Of a stretch of DNA of 64,000 nt, positions 60,813 through 64,000 are shown piece after piece. Position 1 is the first letter of the stretch; every line of letters begins with the position of its first letter. Under the pieces are notes generated by a model, which saw nothing but the letters and a program-made list of their open reading frames with translations, was not told the origin of the DNA and did no database searches. Location of the stretch: positions 544,001 to 608,000 of the forward strand of contig CAXXMV010000002.1 in NCBI GenBank assembly GCA_963662285.2, given 5' to 3'. The translations under genes and the position numbers were made by a program. This DNA comes from a bacterium (GTDB lineage: Bacteria > Hinthialibacterota > Hinthialibacteria > Hinthialibacterales > Hinthialibacteraceae).

Positions 60813-61283
60813 TTAGTCCGCAGCCCCGATGCGGTAATCCGCCAAATCACCGATGCGGGCAGAAGACGCTGAAGCATCTTCTTGAAAACGCGATAATGGT
60901 TTGGTTGGATAGAGGCTTCTAAACTCGTTGGTAATCTGGCGATGCAACATTGCAATCTCACTCAATGGAAAAGAGTTATCCGCAAAAGAACGTTCCATCG
61001 TTTGCAAGCGTTCTCTATCGCCGCTGTAATGGACAATGGCGCGCAAACGAGTCAAAGACTCCTGCTTTTGTTTTTCAACTGCACATCGTCCAAGATCAGC
61101 GTATCGAGAGAGATTCTTTGACTCGTCTTCTAGTCGATTGATAGTTTCAGTTTGAATCTCGTTGCGCTGTTTCTCTGTTTCGACTTCTTTTTCGAGTTGT
61201 TCGCACTGCAAGGCTAATTTTCGTACATCCAGCATTGCCGTGATTTTTTCATTGCGATTATGGTGTTGATTATCAGTAGCCAT
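60813..61283 (-). CDS. Coiled-coil protein, putative capsid scaffold
   Basis: Long heptad region, YADLGR, short C-terminal DYRI tail; first gene of the operon. Confidence 0.55.
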   Translation of the reverse strand: MATDNQHHNRNEKITAMLDVRKLALQCEQLEKEVETEKQRNEIQTETINRLEDESKNLSRYADLGRCAVEKQKQESLTRLRAIVHYSGDRERLQTMERSFADNSFPLSEIAMLHRQITNEFRSLYPTKPLSRFQEDASASSARIGDLADYRIGAAD

Positions 61284-61516
61284 TGTTTTTTGACCTCTTT
61301 TTCAAGTCGGTTAAAAAAAACTCCTCTACTAATAGGGAGGATGTCTGCAAAAAAAAGGCGTTAATCTGCATGTCTTTTTTTCAAGACCGGCTTTAATTAT
61401 TAATTTGCAAGGATTTAGGTTCGGTAGTAAAATTTAAAAGAAAGGAATTTCAAACATCAAATATTAACTGAAAAATTAGAAAATCATAAAAAACCGGCCC
61501 TACGCAAGGATCAAAA

Positions 61517-62905
61517 ATGGAGATACGACCTCATATCATCATCATTGGCGGTGGATTCGGTGGTTTGTACGCCGCTAAAACTCTAAGACGCGCTGCTGTT
61601 GATATTACGCTTATCGATAAACGTAATTTTCATCTTTTTCAACCACTGTTATATCAAGTTGCCACAGGAGGTTTATCACCGGGTGATATCGCATCTCCAT
61701 TGCGGGCGGTGCTAAAAAATCAAAAAAATACCCGTGTTATAATGGGATCGGTAACGGATATTGATAGCAAAAACCGCAAAGTTTTCTTAAAAGATAAATC
61801 TCTCGACTATGATTACCTGATAGTCGCAACCGGAGTTAGACATGCCTATTTCGGCAACGACCAGTGGGAAGATATTGCGCCCGGCTTAAAAACCATCGAA
61901 GACGCCGTTGAAATGAGACGTCGTTTGTTCTACGCCTTTGAAGCAGCCGAACGCGAAACCAACACAGAAAAACAAAACCGCTGGTTGAATTTCGTACTCG
62001 TAGGAGGCGGCCCGACCGGAGTTGAACTGGCTGGGGCGCTGGCCGAATTAGCCAGGCATACCTTGAAGAATAATTTCCGCAACATAAATCCAGCCCATGC
62101 CCGCATTCACCTGATCGAAGGCATGGACCGCATATTATCCGTTTATCCCGAAAAACTATCTGCCAAAGCGCATAGCAGCCTAGAAAAACTAGGCGTTACA
62201 ATTCATACCAATACGTTTGTAACAGACATTGACCAGAACTCAGCAACCATGCGCCATGAAGAGAAAGATTTTATTATCCCGACTAAAACCGTTTTTTGGG
62301 CAGCTGGAGTTCAAGCCTCATCGTTAGGCAAGATTTTAGGAGAACAAACATCTGCGACGCTGGATCGTATTGGTCGAATCGAAGTCGAGCCTGATTTAAG
62401 CATCCCAGGTAATCCGGAAATATTCGTCGTCGGAGATTTAGCGAATTTCAAGCACCAGACCGCCAATCCACTGCCCGGCGTGGCTCCGGTCGCTATGCAA
62501 CAAGGTCTATACGCCGCCAAAATAATAATCCAAAAACTCAAAGGTAAGAAACATAAACCATTTCATTATCATAACCGGGGCAGCATGGCCGTTATCGGAA
62601 GAGCCGCTGCGGTAGCTGATTTGAAATTCTTTATGTTTTCCGGTTACCCGGCATGGTTTATTTGGTTATTTATTCATATCATGTACCTTGTAGGATATCA
62701 AAACAGGTTATTGGTTTTTATTCAGTGGGCTATCAATTACTTCACTCTCAACCGTGGCGCACGGCTAATAACCGAACAACATCTAAGCGTACTCAAAGCG
62801 CTTAAAAAGCAAGAAGAGAACAAAAATCGGGGGGAGGAGGTGATCGCGGACCGGTCTAACCGGTGCGAGGAAAGTCCGGACTCCAAAGAGCAGAACGCTG
62901 GGTAA
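61517..62905 (+). CDS. ndh: Type II NADH:quinone oxidoreductase
   Basis: IIGGGFGG, FQPLLYQVATG, VGGGPTGVELAG, WAAGV, VGD, A.QQG and RGARLIT motifs. Confidence 0.93.
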   Translation: MEIRPHIIIIGGGFGGLYAAKTLRRAAVDITLIDKRNFHLFQPLLYQVATGGLSPGDIASPLRAVLKNQKNTRVIMGSVTDIDSKNRKVFLKDKSLDYDYLIVATGVRHAYFGNDQWEDIAPGLKTIEDAVEMRRRLFYAFEAAERETNTEKQNRWLNFVLVGGGPTGVELAGALAELARHTLKNNFRNINPAHARIHLIEGMDRILSVYPEKLSAKAHSSLEKLGVTIHTNTFVTDIDQNSATMRHEEKDFIIPTKTVFWAAGVQASSLGKILGEQTSATLDRIGRIEVEPDLSIPGNPEIFVVGDLANFKHQTANPLPGVAPVAMQQGLYAAKIIIQKLKGKKHKPFHYHNRGSMAVIGRAAAVADLKFFMFSGYPAWFIWLFIHIMYLVGYQNRLLVFIQWAINYFTLNRGARLITEQHLSVLKALKKQEENKNRGEEVIADRSNRCEESPDSKEQNAG

Positions 62906-63188
62906 CTCCCAGGAGGGGTAACCCTATGGAAAGCGCAACAGAAAATATACCGCCTGCATTATTGTAGGTAAGGGTGAAATGGTGGGGTAAGAGCCTACCG
63001 CAGTTCCGGGCGACCGGACTGGCACGGCAAGCCCCGTTCGGAGCAATGCCAAATAGGAGAGGGAGGCGCTGCTCGCGCCGATCCGCCTTCGGGCGGCGAA
63101 CTCTCGGGTAGGCAGCTTGAGGCCGTTGGTAACAACAAGCCCAGATAAATGATCACCCTCGACAAAATCCGGCTTATACCTCCCCCCG
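62828..63188 (+). ncRNA. rnpB: RNase P RNA (bacterial type A)
   Basis: GAGGAAAGTCC, ACAGAAA, AGGGTGAAA..GGTAAGAGC, GCAAGCCCC and ACAAAATCCGGCTTA; P1 cggggggagg/cctccccccg. Confidence 0.96.
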
Positions 63189-63225
63189 AATAAAAAAAGA
63201 TGATAATCACCTCTTGATAATTAAT

Positions 63226-63272
63226 TAATCACCGTTATAATGCATCCTAAGGATGCATTATAACGGTGATTA
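63226..63272. promoter_or_regulatory. Perfect 23-bp inverted repeat, probable AbiEi autoregulatory operator
   Basis: taatcaccgttataatgcatcct-a-aggatgcattataacggtgatta, ending on the A of the ATG. Confidence 0.85.
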
Positions 63273-64000
63273 TGAAAACCATCGAAAAAGCGCTGTTACA
63301 ATATATAGATAATTACGAACTCGCACTTATTGCGGATTACCAAATAAGCGTTCTTTTTTTCACGCTCCCCGAAAACCAAAGAAGAGAATTAAATATTGAT
63401 TCCCCATTAAAAAAGAATACGATTACTGGAATTATCGAAAGATTTCTTTCCCTCGGATTATTACAATTAAACAAATCTTTCCCCAAAAACAATATTTATA
63501 ACATCATAGGGAAAAAACCTTCTATTGAAGAAATCTCTTGTATTATAAATCCCTTCTCCTATATATCTCATCTAAGCGCAATAGAGCATCATGGTCTTAC
63601 TAACCGAATCTCAAAAACCCTTTTTCTCTCATCTCCACCTGACAAAAAGTGGAATGAATTAGCTAAACAAAAAATGAGTAGTGATCTAGGTGAATTATTT
63701 CCTGATTATTTGAAAAGCGGATTACCAAGATTAAAAAGGATTCATGTAGAGAAAATCAATAAACATACTTTAAATATCCATAAAAGTAGTTATTTAGGAG
63801 CGTTTAAATCACATAATAATATCCGCGTTTCAAAAATTGGACGAACCTTTCTCGATATGATCCGCGAACCAAACCTCTGCGGTGGTATAGAGCATGTTTT
63901 GGATATCTATCAGGAGCATTCAGAAAAATATCTAAGATTGATAGTAGAGGAAATCAATAGAAACGGCAAAAAAATCGATAAAATTCGTGCAGGTTATATA
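63272..64000 (+). CDS. AbiEi-family type IV toxin-antitoxin antitoxin (runs off the window end)
   Basis: Own translation, 243 codons open: NPFSYISHLSAIEHHGLT, GRTFLDM and PNLCGG motifs; AT-rich; absent from the ORF track because no stop lies in the window. Confidence 0.8.
   Translation, partial: MKTIEKALLQYIDNYELALIADYQISVLFFTLPENQRRELNIDSPLKKNTITGIIERFLSLGLLQLNKSFPKNNIYNIIGKKPSIEEISCIINPFSYISHLSAIEHHGLTNRISKTLFLSSPPDKKWNELAKQKMSSDLGELFPDYLKSGLPRLKRIHVEKINKHTLNIHKSSYLGAFKSHNNIRVSKIGRTFLDMIREPNLCGGIEHVLDIYQEHSEKYLRLIVEEINRNGKKIDKIRAGYI

Larger units (their letters stand above)
53685..61283 (-). other. Phage-derived structural gene operon (11 co-oriented ORFs) without recognisable packaging, tail-tube, integration or replication genes
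   Basis: See the individual CDS entries; short spacing, strong RBSs, TAATG/ATGA coupling, terminal terminator. Confidence 0.8.

Noticed and set aside
53685-61283. Complete inducible prophage
   Set aside because: Only 7.6 kb; no recognisable integrase, att repeats, replication, terminase, portal, tail tube or tape measure genes
137-62541. Numerous 60-170-aa ORFs overlapping longer genes in other frames or strands
   Set aside because: No motifs or RBS; they are shadows of well-supported CDSs
62995-63210. 71-aa minus-strand ORF
   Set aside because: Antisense to RNase P RNA
63226-63272. Assembly artefact or terminator explanation for the perfect palindrome
   Set aside because: Flanks are unique, there is no U tract, and arm length and position fit an AbiEi operator
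1-64000. CRISPR array, cas genes, retron or DGR
   Set aside because: No regularly spaced repeat-spacer array and no Cas or reverse transcriptase motifs seen

Overview
A bacterial chromosomal window from a diderm-like organism, judged by its many Sec and lipoprotein signal peptides. It is dominated by envelope and glycan genes: rfbB, a WbpD/WbpE-like sugar pathway, four GT2 and one GT4 glycosyltransferases, two TMTC-like GT-C membrane enzymes, a PPIase, an M48 protease, and an ECF sigma/anti-sigma/PspC operon with its own SigW-type promoter. It also holds a PAS kinase-NtrC-receiver module, transporters, tRNA-Gln(CTG), RNase P RNA, and the start of an AbiEi-type antitoxin behind a perfect 23-bp inverted repeat. 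Two tandem paralogous ~1.1-kaa secreted lectin-like genes are present, one split by a 2.3-kb IS with a -1 frameshift transposase. The most notable feature is an intact 11-gene, 7.6-kb operon of virion-like genes (53685-61283). It encodes an HK97-type capsid, decoration, protease, adaptor, Dit-like, fibre-like and BppU-like proteins, but no recognisable portal, terminase, tail tube, tape measure, integrase or replication gene, and two of its products carry signal peptides. It is a candidate domesticated phage-derived particle. Second is an unannotated ~73-nt sigma54-type small RNA with anti-Shine-Dalgarno motifs, divergent from the NtrC module (LuxO/Qrr-like layout). All family calls come from motif recognition by eye; no database searches were run.
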